DNA of 15,257 nucleotides from contig JAOUEV010000074.1 in NCBI GenBank assembly GCA_029858565.1, forward strand, positions 1 to 15,257. The letters run 5' to 3'. The notes under the pieces were generated by a model, which saw only the letters and a list, made by a program, of their open reading frames with translations, was not told the origin of the DNA and made no database searches. This DNA comes from Nitrospirota bacterium. GTDB lineage: Bacteria; Nitrospirota; UBA9217. A program made the translations under genes and the position numbers. Numbering within the stretch: position 1 is the first letter of the stretch; each line of letters opens with the position of its first letter. Shown one piece after another: positions 6,301-13,589 of the stretch.

Positions 6301-7957
6301 TTGTGTACTTGCTTGCATCGACCGCCAGTTCGAAATAGGGCGCTGTTGCAGACGTGGGTGGGGCTGCCAGCGTAACAGCTTTCTGGAATTTTCCACCCTG
6401 CCAGGAGGGAATTGCCGGACTTCCCGTTGCCGCATCGATGCTTTCGGTGCCGCCGGTCGCTCCCACGAATAGCGACGCTGTCGCGGTCGTTACATCGCTT
6501 GCCTGGCTTGATGGTGCCGGACCGGGAGCTGTGGCACCGGTGAAGGTCCATTGCGCCATGACCAGTCCGCACACCGGAGGGGGCGTGGGAATGATGTCAT
6601 CGACTGTCAGCGTCGCGGTCGCTACCTTGCCGGTATTTACGGTCCCGACATAGAGACTGCTCGTTGTGTTGGAATATAGTCCCAGCGCCGGTGTGGTCAC
6701 GTCCACGCGGGCGACGCAACTGCTGTTCGCCGCAATGGCCCCGTCGGAAAAGGCGATGGTGGTGGCGCCCGCCGAAGGAGCGAAGGTCGCCGAGCCGCAT
6801 CCGCTGGTCGAGGCGTTCGGCGGGGTGGCAACGGCAAGCCCTCCCGGCAGAGGATCCGTGAAGGTCAAACCGCTCACGATGCCTGCGTTGGGATTGGTCA
6901 GGGTGAAGGAGAGCGTCGAAATGCCGCCGGCATTCGTCGGATTAGGGGTGAAGGTCTTGGCGAATGCTACGCTTGTGGGGTCGATGATGTTAGCGATGCG
7001 GAACCCCGTCGAATAGTCGGCGTTATAGTGAAAGCTTGCGCCCGAAAGATCATAAAGCAGGGAGCCCAGGGTCTGGGAGGTGCCGCCGCCGCTCAGGATC
7101 GTGACCGAGTACTCGGTCGTGATCACATCTCCGGTCTTGTAATCACCGCCCACGCAGGAGAGGTAGTAGGGGCTGTTCGGATCGTTCTCCCACCCGCACG
7201 CGTCTGCATAGAGCCCGGGGTTGGGATTGGAGACATAAGGCGATGTGTTCGCGGTGTAGGTGGTGCTGACGGTGTTTACCCGGAAAATGGTGTTCGGGAT
7301 ATTGATGAACTCCTCGAACTGGTTGTATCCGCCGGGCGCGGTATGGCCAACCAGCGTGATGACATAGGTATTGCCTACGGTCAAGTTCATGGAGCCGCCG
7401 GCCGGGATGGAAACGCCACCGAGCTTCACATCGTCGATGCCGTTCCTGGCCTGCGAGACCAGGTGCTCCACATAGAGCTCCCGCGGCTGCGGTGTCGAGA
7501 CAAGCGTGCTGCCGTCCGTTGCTGTACAACTGCCGCTTACGACGGCAGTACACCGTTCCGCGGAAATATGATATCTCCGGGCCATGTCAAAGGCCGCCGC
7601 TGTCCTAGCGACCTCGACCTCAAAGTAGGCGTAACCGCACCCGTCGGTACCCAGCGGAACGGACATCGTGGCCAGGGAGCCGGAGCGAAGATTGATGTAG
7701 GTGCCGCTGTCCGTTCCACCGGCATCCCAGTTGAATGTGGCCTTGATATAGTCTCCGGCAGTGCCGCAGATCCTCGCACCCACCGGATAACGATTGGGAC
7801 CCAGTGCAGGCGTATTGCTGTCCAGGCCGATCACGTTCCAGGTGTTCGGCGTGATGGTCAGGGCACTTGCGTCGGACGCGGCGGCTGTAAGCGCAAGAAC
7901 GCAGCAAACCGCCAGGCCTGCAAAGGATCGTGCGATATGTTGGTTTTGTAGCCTCAT
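3371..7957 (-). CDS. Large secreted DUF11-repeat adhesin-like protein (~1528 aa), putative tip adhesin
   Basis: Likely start ATG 7957 (MRLQNQHIARSFAGLAVCCVLALTAAASDASA signal peptide). It has a ~310-aa Cys-containing N-terminal domain (LTITPNTWNVIGLDSN...), six complete DUF11-like repeats each with K...D...N motifs, a Cys-bounded beta-sandwich insert, and a final incomplete repeat ending FFRVRVN. No LPXTG, TM anchor or autotransporter barrel is evident. Confidence 0.9.
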   Translation of the reverse strand: MRLQNQHIARSFAGLAVCCVLALTAAASDASALTITPNTWNVIGLDSNTPALGPNRYPVGARICGTAGDYIKATFNWDAGGTDSGTYINLRSGSLATMSVPLGTDGCGYAYFEVEVARTAAAFDMARRYHISAERCTAVVSGSCTATDGSTLVSTPQPRELYVEHLVSQARNGIDDVKLGGVSIPAGGSMNLTVGNTYVITLVGHTAPGGYNQFEEFINIPNTIFRVNTVSTTYTANTSPYVSNPNPGLYADACGWENDPNSPYYLSCVGGDYKTGDVITTEYSVTILSGGGTSQTLGSLLYDLSGASFHYNADYSTGFRIANIIDPTSVAFAKTFTPNPTNAGGISTLSFTLTNPNAGIVSGLTFTDPLPGGLAVATPPNASTSGCGSATFAPSAGATTIAFSDGAIAANSSCVARVDVTTPALGLYSNTTSSLYVGTVNTGKVATATLTVDDIIPTPPPVCGLVMAQWTFTGATAPGPAPSSQASDVTTATASLFVGATGGTESIDAATGSPAIPSWQGGKFQKAVTLAAPPTSATAPYFELAVDASKYTNVSITLNDYASASWGASNAIFLWTSANGGPYTATTPSMGVLLKTTWTTTQTFASASTGTAATMTFRIGAAGSTNDNGTMNLDDITITGCAVPKPPTITKAFAPNPVGVNGASTLTFTVTNPNANIPLSGIRFSDTLVSGLTVTTGSSTQCGGTLAKTAPDIISFTNGALAGGASCTITATITATAAGPHQNVSGLIYSTQTGTNASADGAAKATLTALLPPVISKQFGPNPILTNGVSQITFLVTNPNQNDVLSNVAFTDTFPTTPGAMVVAGTPGASTSNCGAPTFAPAAGAGSVSFSNGTIPAGGTCAVTVNVTAPVQSQPATVQSRTATSLTLASVYTGSTATNLTISKNVTSAVTGTVSVTNGSATVTGYGTDFVTDLSVGENIYIGTYRNVTSAVTATVAGGTNRAADTLTVSEAHPSIALFKEVATTDLASTLWRYYLVVNTGDPVYYQFTVQNFGDVPLTEVTVTDADLPSPLTMAGCQWYYGYDFTDRTAGNLISTPTFTLDVANNANNRDSATCVLGPVSAATGTYLNNASADGIYNTIHYTDSDWAMYATTGLTLAKTSTETLFTKATDTLHYSYTVTNSGSAVLAGPVTVSDVVTSSTPTAAVTVTCPAVSTVGDFDNYLDPGESVTCTSTYIVTVADVTAKLVRNSATASTTAASGIPAAAAPAAGRTVLLAPDLTAAKTNNVGGITTPGATFTWTVTVSNPATAGTATFTSGQTLLTDNMPVSGATYTAPAAATTAGGTVGAVSCSLLASALSCTASGAVTLPPGGSFSIPVSVTSTTSGTLANPTGGVCRADPGAVLAEIDETNNDCSDTVTVRALPSLTIVKSASVVSDPFGGSAIIPGSIMQYAIIVTNTGAGYVDDGATLVTDAIPANVTMYVDTSSGDPVAFSCSGAPPCGLTFSYATDVKYTDQSPVPASPGAGCSNYTYAPSGVYDANVKGLCVNPKSSFQGSNANFTIFFRVRVN

Positions 7958-7977
7958 GGTATTCTGATCCAGTGCGG

Positions 7978-8370
7978 TCACTGCTCCTGGAACTGCGTGC
8001 AATAGGGCTGGCAGACCGTGATGGTTTTGTCCAGTTCCTTGAACTTAATGACCAGATGATCGTGGTCCGTCCAGGTCATGCTCTCGACGCGGGAAAGATT
8101 CACGACCGTGGACCGCTGCGCCTGCCGGAACATGCGCGGATCGAGCATGGGCTGCAGCTCCGACAGGGGCGTGTGGATCCTGAGCTCTCCCGAGCCCGTG
8201 ACCACCTTTGTGCAGGCGTCATCAGCGCGGAAACAGATCACTTCGTCCACCGGGATGGGCGCTGTATTTCCCGTGGAACCGGCACTGACGTAATGCAAGT
8301 AAGCGGATTTCTGGCTCATAATTGCCTCGAGTTCTGAAAATCGCATGTTCCGCCTTGAACGGTCTGACAT
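7978..8370 (-). CDS. Stand-alone LytTR-domain protein (degenerate)
   Basis: IPVDEVICFRADD...TKVVT..GELRIHTPLSELQPMLDPRMFRQAQRSTVVNL matches the LytTR pattern (canonical F.RIHRS.IVNL). No receiver domain. Start set at ATG 8370 (AAGGAAG upstream); 8346 and 8319 are alternatives. The track's 8523 start runs through the AT-rich promoter. Confidence 0.78.
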   Translation of the reverse strand: MSDRSRRNMRFSELEAIMSQKSAYLHYVSAGSTGNTAPIPVDEVICFRADDACTKVVTGSGELRIHTPLSELQPMLDPRMFRQAQRSTVVNLSRVESMTWTDHDHLVIKFKELDKTITVCQPYCTQFQEQ

Positions 8371-8448
8371 GATCTTCCTTCCGCCCGCAGTTCCAGACCG
8401 AAAAATGAGTCTAGGTCCGGACAAACCTGTTACAACATTATTTTTTAA

Positions 8449-8465
8449 TGCAAATATTGGTCCAA
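8449..8465 (-). promoter_or_regulatory. Sigma54 (-24/-12) promoter
   Basis: Minus strand TTGGACCAATATTTGCA has GG (8463-8462), exactly 10 nt, then GC (8451-8450), resembling TGGCAC-N5-TTGCA. It is upstream of the LytTR/DUF11 operon and next to a GAFTGA-containing activator gene. Confidence 0.62.
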
Positions 8466-8532
8466 CTTGCGAGAAAACAATCATTAAGATATTCAGTATG
8501 TTGCAAAGAAATATATTTCTCATACTGATAAA

Positions 8533-8589
8533 ACAGGGGAAACTTTCCCACCACAGAGGAAACTTTCCCTGTGCGCGGGAGTATTTCCT
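8533..8589. promoter_or_regulatory. Three phased palindromic boxes (20-bp period), putative enhancer/UAS for the sigma54 activator
   Basis: ACAGGGGAAACTTTCCC (8533-8549), ACAGAGGAAACTTTCCC (8553-8569) and degenerate GCGCGGGAGTATTTCCT (8573-8589). The core GGAAA-C-TTTCC is a dyad. They sit about 95-150 bp upstream of the inferred start site. Confidence 0.65.
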
Positions 8590-8640
8590 TATCTATGTTA
8601 GTGTGAGTTGATTCGAGGTTCTGCGAGAGTATGGAGAGGG

Positions 8641-8665
8641 CTTATCCACTGGAGCTCTGGATAAG
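8641..8665 (-). other. Inverted repeat downstream of the activator gene (possible terminator/stabilising hairpin)
   Basis: CTTATCCA-N9-TGGATAAG, a perfect 8-bp stem 23 nt after the stop at 8689. No U-tract, so terminator function is uncertain. Confidence 0.35.
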
Positions 8666-8688
8666 TTGCAGGGATCGGACTGCAGTGA

Positions 8689-10059
8689 TCAATCGGTTTC
8701 AATACCGTGTTCGCGCATCTTTGTCCTGAGGGTCTTGACATCGACCTGCAGGATCGCTGCGGCGGCGGCCTTGTTCCCTTTTGTTGTCTCCAGTGCCAGG
8801 GAGATCATCCTTTTTTCCACGGCACCAACCGCGGTCCTGAGCGGCACCAGGCCCGCGTCGATCTCCGGCGCGTCCCGGCCCAGCAGGAATTCCACATGCT
8901 CCGGAAGGATGTCACTTCCCCCGGACAGGAGCGCAGCCCGACGGATCACGTTCTTGAGCTCCCGCAGATTGCCCGGCCAGGAATACCGCATCAACCGCTC
9001 CATGGCAGCGCCGCTGATCGAGATCGGCCGAAGGTTCAGCTCTTCCCTCGCAGCTTCCAGCAGCCTGCCGGCGAAAAAGGGGATGTCATCGATGCGGTCC
9101 CTGAGCGGCGGCAGCGTAATGATGAACTCGCCGATCCGGAAAAAGAGGTCCTCGCGGAACGTTCCCTCACGCACCTGCTTCTGCAGGTCCGTGTTCGTGG
9201 CCGCGATGATCCGGATGTCGAGGTTCACGGTCTTTCTGCTGCCGAGGCGCGACACGGTCTTGCTCTCGAGCACCGTCAGGAGCTTGCTCTGGACAAGCGG
9301 GCTCACGTTCTCCAGGTCGTCCAGGAACGCCGTGCCCCCGTTTGCCGCTTCGAAGAATCCCCGCTGCGACTGGACCGCGCCGGTGAATGCCCCCCTCTCG
9401 GAGCCGAACAGTTCGCTCTCGATGATAGACTCGGGCATGGACCCCAGGTCTATCTTGACGAACTCCCGCGCCACGCGCCGGCTGCTGTTATGCAGGATCT
9501 TGGCAAGCAGCGTTTTGCCGGTCCCGGTCTCGCCCTGGATGACCACCGCCAGGTCCGTTGCCGCCACCTGCTTCAGCTGGTCGACCACCTTGCGCATGCT
9601 CGGCGACCTGCCGATGAACCGTTCCAGCGACGCGTTCTCGGCCGTGCGCAGCCGGCTCAGTTCGCCGGTCTGGCGCCTGAACTCCAGCGCCCGCTGCAGG
9701 GTGATGATGAGCTTGCCGGGCTCGACGGGCTTCACCAGATAATGATAGGCGCCGAGCTTCATTAACTCCACCGCGATCTCCGCATCGGTATGCGCGGTCA
9801 CAATGATGACCGGGAGGTTCTCATCGAGCTCCTTTAGTCTCCCGATGGTCTCCCTGCCGCCCAGGACAGGCATCTCCAGATCAAGAATGACCGCGTCAGG
9901 CGGGTCCTGCAGGAACAGGCCGATCGCTTCCCTGCCGTTCACGGCCTCGAAGACCCGCATCCCTTCCTTCCGGAGAAGTCCGCTGATGGCGGTCCGTGTC
10001 ACTTTCTCGTCCTCGACGATCAGCACCTTTGGCTGCTGGGCATCCGCTTTTTTTGTCAT
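8689..10059 (-). CDS. Sigma54-dependent response regulator (NtrC/AtoC family: REC-AAA+-Fis HTH)
   Basis: REC domain (VLIVEDE, ILDLEMP, YLVKP), Walker A GETGTGKT, ESELFGSERGAFTGA, Walker B FLDDLE, IIAATN, FREDLFFRI, WPGNLREL, and C-terminal HTH GNKAAAAAILQV. RBS TAAGGAG upstream. Confidence 0.96.
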   Translation of the reverse strand: MTKKADAQQPKVLIVEDEKVTRTAISGLLRKEGMRVFEAVNGREAIGLFLQDPPDAVILDLEMPVLGGRETIGRLKELDENLPVIIVTAHTDAEIAVELMKLGAYHYLVKPVEPGKLIITLQRALEFRRQTGELSRLRTAENASLERFIGRSPSMRKVVDQLKQVAATDLAVVIQGETGTGKTLLAKILHNSSRRVAREFVKIDLGSMPESIIESELFGSERGAFTGAVQSQRGFFEAANGGTAFLDDLENVSPLVQSKLLTVLESKTVSRLGSRKTVNLDIRIIAATNTDLQKQVREGTFREDLFFRIGEFIITLPPLRDRIDDIPFFAGRLLEAAREELNLRPISISGAAMERLMRYSWPGNLRELKNVIRRAALLSGGSDILPEHVEFLLGRDAPEIDAGLVPLRTAVGAVEKRMISLALETTKGNKAAAAAILQVDVKTLRTKMREHGIETD

Positions 10060-10189
10060 GGACCTGTCGTCTCCTTAACCTTCGGACCTGAACTGCTCGT
10101 TGCCGCAGAGATCGCCGTGAGCAGCATCCGGCTCCCTGGCGTTCCGCTGAAATTGTGACCGGCCCCTGCACGTTCCCGGCTCTCTTACG

Positions 10190-12757
10190 CTACAGGTTTC
10201 CCGGGCCTTGCCGCGGACCGCTCGTTTCCGGTCCGAGCCTGGCAAGCTCGTCCTTGATCCGACTGCACAGCAGCCGAGCCTTGTCGGTCGCTCCGTCCCG
10301 CGCCGCCTGCTCCAGCTGAGATGCGCTCTCACGAAGCATCTCGAGTCCCACGGTCGCTGCAGCGCTCTTGAGCGCGTGAGCATGACGCTTGAGCGATGCA
10401 AGCTCGCCAGCCGCAAGCGCATCGAGGATGTTCCGGAGCAGTGAAGGAGACTCGTCCTGGAACGCGCGAATAATGCTTCCGGCCAGCTCGCGGTCGCCGA
10501 AGTATTTTTCCTCGAGCCGTGCACGCGCCTGATCGATCGCCGCGGTCCCGGCAGGAAGACCGCTCCCCTGCTGTGAGCAGCGCTCCACCTGCTGGTACAG
10601 CTGGTCAATATCGATCGGCTTGGTCAGATAACCGTCCATGCCCGCGGCACGGCACTGCTCGCGGTCCTCGCTCAGGGCGTGGGCCGTGACCGCGACGATC
10701 CTGACGTCATGCCGCAGGACCGACGAAGCGGGATCGCGAATGATCCGCGCAGCCTCCAGGCCATCCATGACCGGCATCTGCACATCAAGCAGCACCACGT
10801 CAAAATCTGCCGCGCTCAGGGCCTGCACCGCCGCCCACCCGTCATGCACCACCATAACCTGGTGCCCCCGTCGCTCCAACAACCGCCTCAGCAGGATCCG
10901 GTTGGTCTCGATATCCTCGGCAACCAGGACCCGCAGGGACCCGGTGCGTCCCGGGAAATGGAGTTCCGATTCTCCTGCAGCACTCGCAACCCCTTCCGCA
11001 ACCCTGAAACGCAGGGAAAAGGAAAAAGTGCTTCCTTTCCCCGGCTCGCTCCGGACCTGGATGTCCCCGCCCATCAGACGGACCAGGCTCTGGGCAATGG
11101 TAAGGCCGAGACCGCTGCCGCCGTACCGCCGGTTGATGGAGCCGTCAGCCTGGGTGAAGTTCAGGAATATCTCATCAAGCTTGTCCGGCGGGATGCCGAT
11201 CCCGGTGTCCCGTACCGCGAAAAGCAGCTCGATGTCCTCTTGAGCAGGCATACCTCCCCGGTCCACCGAGAGCGTGACGCTTCCCTGCTCGGTGAACTTG
11301 ATGGCGTTCCCCACAAGGTTCATCAATATCTGCTGCAGCTTCACCGGATCTCCGAGCACCATGCCGGGGACACCCGGCGCGATCAACGTGCCCACCTGCA
11401 GCCCCTTTTCCCGTGTTTGCAGGGAAAGGGTATCGATCGTGCGGCCGGCAAGTTCCTTGAGGTCGAACGGGATCTCCTCGAGCGTGATCTTGCCCGCCTC
11501 GATCTTGGAATAATCGAGCACGTCGTTCAGCACCGCAAGCAGTGTTTCCGACGACCGTTTGACCGTCTCCAGGTTCTCGCGCTGCTCCGGGGCCAGGGGC
11601 GAATCGAGCGTCAGCTCCGTCATGCCTTTGATGGCGTTGATGGGCGTCCGGATCTCGTGGCTCATGTTCGCGAGGAACTGGCTCTTGGCCGTGGATGCCG
11701 CTTCGGCGATCTCGCGGGAACGCCGCAGCTCCTGCTCGCCCTGTTTGAGCGAGGTGACGTCATGGAGCTGCACAAGGCAGCCGGCCGTTCGCCCGCCTGT
11801 CATGAGCGGCAGGGTCTTCATCCTCCAGTACCGTTCGAGCTCGGCGCGGTCCTGGACACAGTCATCAAGGGTGAACAATGCGTCTTCGAGCTGCGCCGGC
11901 AGCAGCGGGAACCGGGAAAGCAGGGCTGTCTGCAGGTCGGTCAGCGCGGAACCGGACGACCCGAGCAGGATCCTCGCCGCTCGGTTTGCATCCACCAGAT
12001 TGCTCTCGCGGTCAAAAACAAGGACGGGATCGCCCAGATAGTCGAACAGTGCTGCACGGGCCATTGGCGCGACTTCGAAGAGCCGGTGCCGGTAGATCGC
12101 CAGCGCGTAGCCGGTCGCGGTGAACCAAAAGATGGACGTAAGTATATGGAAGCCCTTGACCGGCGTGGGGTTCAGGAAGTAGATGCCGTCGGTCACCAGA
12201 ACGGTCACGATCAGCACGGCATACCGGAACCGATATCCTCCGGGGCCTCGGCGGATCCCGAGCAGGAAGAGCCCGATGGCTGCGGCGAACAACAGGTTCT
12301 GGTAGAGAATGTACAGCGGAAAGAACGGACCGGGCGAATAGCCAAGGAGAAGCAAGGGCCCGCTTTCGAACAGGTGATGATCGTAGATGAACCAGCTGTT
12401 GTATTCCAGGGTCCAGGCGAGCAGCACCGCCGCCAGTGGCATCAGGCCTAGCGCGGCCCAGCGGCCGCGCGTCAGCACCGATCCGTATCCCAGCAGTTCC
12501 AGCGCCAGCGCAAAGGTAAGGGCTCCCTGGAACGCTGCCGCGGTTGTTCCTATTTTGAAGAACAGCGCCTTGAGGGAAAGGGCAGTTGCCGCCGTGTTCA
12601 AGGCGTAGGAGATCGCCCATAGGGCAAGGAGGACCATGATGGCCAATACATACTGCGCCGACCGTTTGCCGCGCTGCGGATACAGGGCTGCTGCCAGGGC
12701 AAATGCGACCGCGGCTGAAAAGAGCGGAAGGAGGATATAGGGCGTATAGTAGAACAT
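10190..12757 (-). CDS. Hybrid sensor histidine kinase: N-terminal 7TM (HisKA_7TM-like), PAS-like, HisKA, HATPase, REC, HPt
   Basis: About seven hydrophobic segments in the first ~220 aa. PAS-like DPVLVFD...NRAA. H-box [13 protein letters not shown]-box [32 protein letters not shown]...[11 protein letters not shown]...TKP. HPt [12 protein letters not shown]. Confidence 0.96.
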   Translation of the reverse strand: MFYYTPYILLPLFSAAVAFALAAALYPQRGKRSAQYVLAIMVLLALWAISYALNTAATALSLKALFFKIGTTAAAFQGALTFALALELLGYGSVLTRGRWAALGLMPLAAVLLAWTLEYNSWFIYDHHLFESGPLLLLGYSPGPFFPLYILYQNLLFAAAIGLFLLGIRRGPGGYRFRYAVLIVTVLVTDGIYFLNPTPVKGFHILTSIFWFTATGYALAIYRHRLFEVAPMARAALFDYLGDPVLVFDRESNLVDANRAARILLGSSGSALTDLQTALLSRFPLLPAQLEDALFTLDDCVQDRAELERYWRMKTLPLMTGGRTAGCLVQLHDVTSLKQGEQELRRSREIAEAASTAKSQFLANMSHEIRTPINAIKGMTELTLDSPLAPEQRENLETVKRSSETLLAVLNDVLDYSKIEAGKITLEEIPFDLKELAGRTIDTLSLQTREKGLQVGTLIAPGVPGMVLGDPVKLQQILMNLVGNAIKFTEQGSVTLSVDRGGMPAQEDIELLFAVRDTGIGIPPDKLDEIFLNFTQADGSINRRYGGSGLGLTIAQSLVRLMGGDIQVRSEPGKGSTFSFSLRFRVAEGVASAAGESELHFPGRTGSLRVLVAEDIETNRILLRRLLERRGHQVMVVHDGWAAVQALSAADFDVVLLDVQMPVMDGLEAARIIRDPASSVLRHDVRIVAVTAHALSEDREQCRAAGMDGYLTKPIDIDQLYQQVERCSQQGSGLPAGTAAIDQARARLEEKYFGDRELAGSIIRAFQDESPSLLRNILDALAAGELASLKRHAHALKSAAATVGLEMLRESASQLEQAARDGATDKARLLCSRIKDELARLGPETSGPRQGPGNL

Positions 12758-12910
12758 TCTGTGTGTCCCGGAGGATATAGTCTCACGGAAAGGACCGGCA
12801 GTCTATACCGTTCTCGCCCCCTTGTATCACGGCGCCAATGCGGTCCTGAGCGGGAAGGTCACCGAACGCGGAGAGGGCTCCCGGGAGCCGGGATCATCGG
12901 CATAGTGGCG

Positions 12911-13447
12911 CTAGAGCCTGTTGAGCTCGGCAGCAAAGTATCCATATGCCTCCCGGTCGAATATGCAGAACTCGATCAGGATGAGACTGGTGTCGGGATG
13001 CTGCTTCAGATAGGAGGCTGTTTCGCGCATGAGGATCTCGCCGCACCGGTCCTTGGGAAACCCGAAGATGCCTGCGCTGATGGCCGGGACCGAGATCGAG
13101 CGGAGCCCCTCTGATGCCGCAAGCTCCAGAACGCTCGTGATGGCCTTCGTGAGCTTGGCGTTCTCGTCACCCTCGCCCATGCGCGGTCCCACGGTATGGA
13201 TCACGTGGCGCGCCTTGAGACTTCCGGCGCCGGTCATGGCCGCGCCGCCCACGGGAACGAAGCCGATCCTGTCGCTTTCCTCCTGGATCGCCTTCCCGCC
13301 CTTGCGCACGATGGCGCCGGCGACCCCGCCGCCGTGCTGCAGAAAACTGTTCGCCGCGTTCACGATGGCGTCCGTGTCACGTTCCGTCAGGTCCTCGGAA
13401 ACCAGGCGGATGGTCGTATTGTTGATCTTTTTCTCGGTCAGGTCCAT
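12911..13447 (-). CDS. Macro domain protein (YmdB/MacroD-like ADP-ribose binding/hydrolase)
   Basis: DLTERDTDAIVNAANSFLQHGGGVAGAI, VIHTVGP and PAISAGIFGFP are the hallmark macrodomain motifs. RBS AGAGG upstream. Confidence 0.95.
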   Translation of the reverse strand: MDLTEKKINNTTIRLVSEDLTERDTDAIVNAANSFLQHGGGVAGAIVRKGGKAIQEESDRIGFVPVGGAAMTGAGSLKARHVIHTVGPRMGEGDENAKLTKAITSVLELAASEGLRSISVPAISAGIFGFPKDRCGEILMRETASYLKQHPDTSLILIEFCIFDREAYGYFAAELNRL

Positions 13448-13463
13448 CTTTCGTTACCTCTTG

Positions 13464-13584
13464 CGGAAGTGGCAAGTAAAGCTGTAGAGTTTTAAGCGGT
13501 AAGTTGTAAGCAAACGAACAGGACAACCGCGCAGACTATCCCTTACTCTGCTTACTGCTTATCGCTTACTGCTTATTGCTTACC
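13464..13584. repeat. Inverted arrays of 7-bp tandem repeats (GCTTAYY x5 opposite NNTAAGY units)
   Basis: Right arm 13550-13584: GCTTACT GCTTATC GCTTACT GCTTATT GCTTACC. Left arm 13491-13511: TTTAAGC GGTAAGT TGTAAGC, with more degenerate units back to 13464. Confidence 0.8.
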
Positions 13585-13589
13585 CGCTC

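Noticed and set aside
8371-8523. N-terminal extension of the LytTR ORF to 8523
   Set aside because: AT-rich, atypical codons, and it overlaps the predicted sigma54 promoter.
8533-8589. CRISPR mini-array
   Set aside because: 17-bp repeats separated by 3 bp; no spacers and no cas genes.
8642-8664. Pair of inverted DnaA-box-like 9-mers (TTATCCACT / TTATCCAGA)
   Set aside because: Each is 8/9 of the consensus, there are only two copies and no origin context; a simple hairpin explains them.
12911-13447. Macrodomain as anti-phage or antitoxin (DarG/Thoeris) component
   Set aside because: No ADP-ribosyltransferase, SIR2 or TIR partner nearby; it looks like an ordinary stand-alone MacroD protein.
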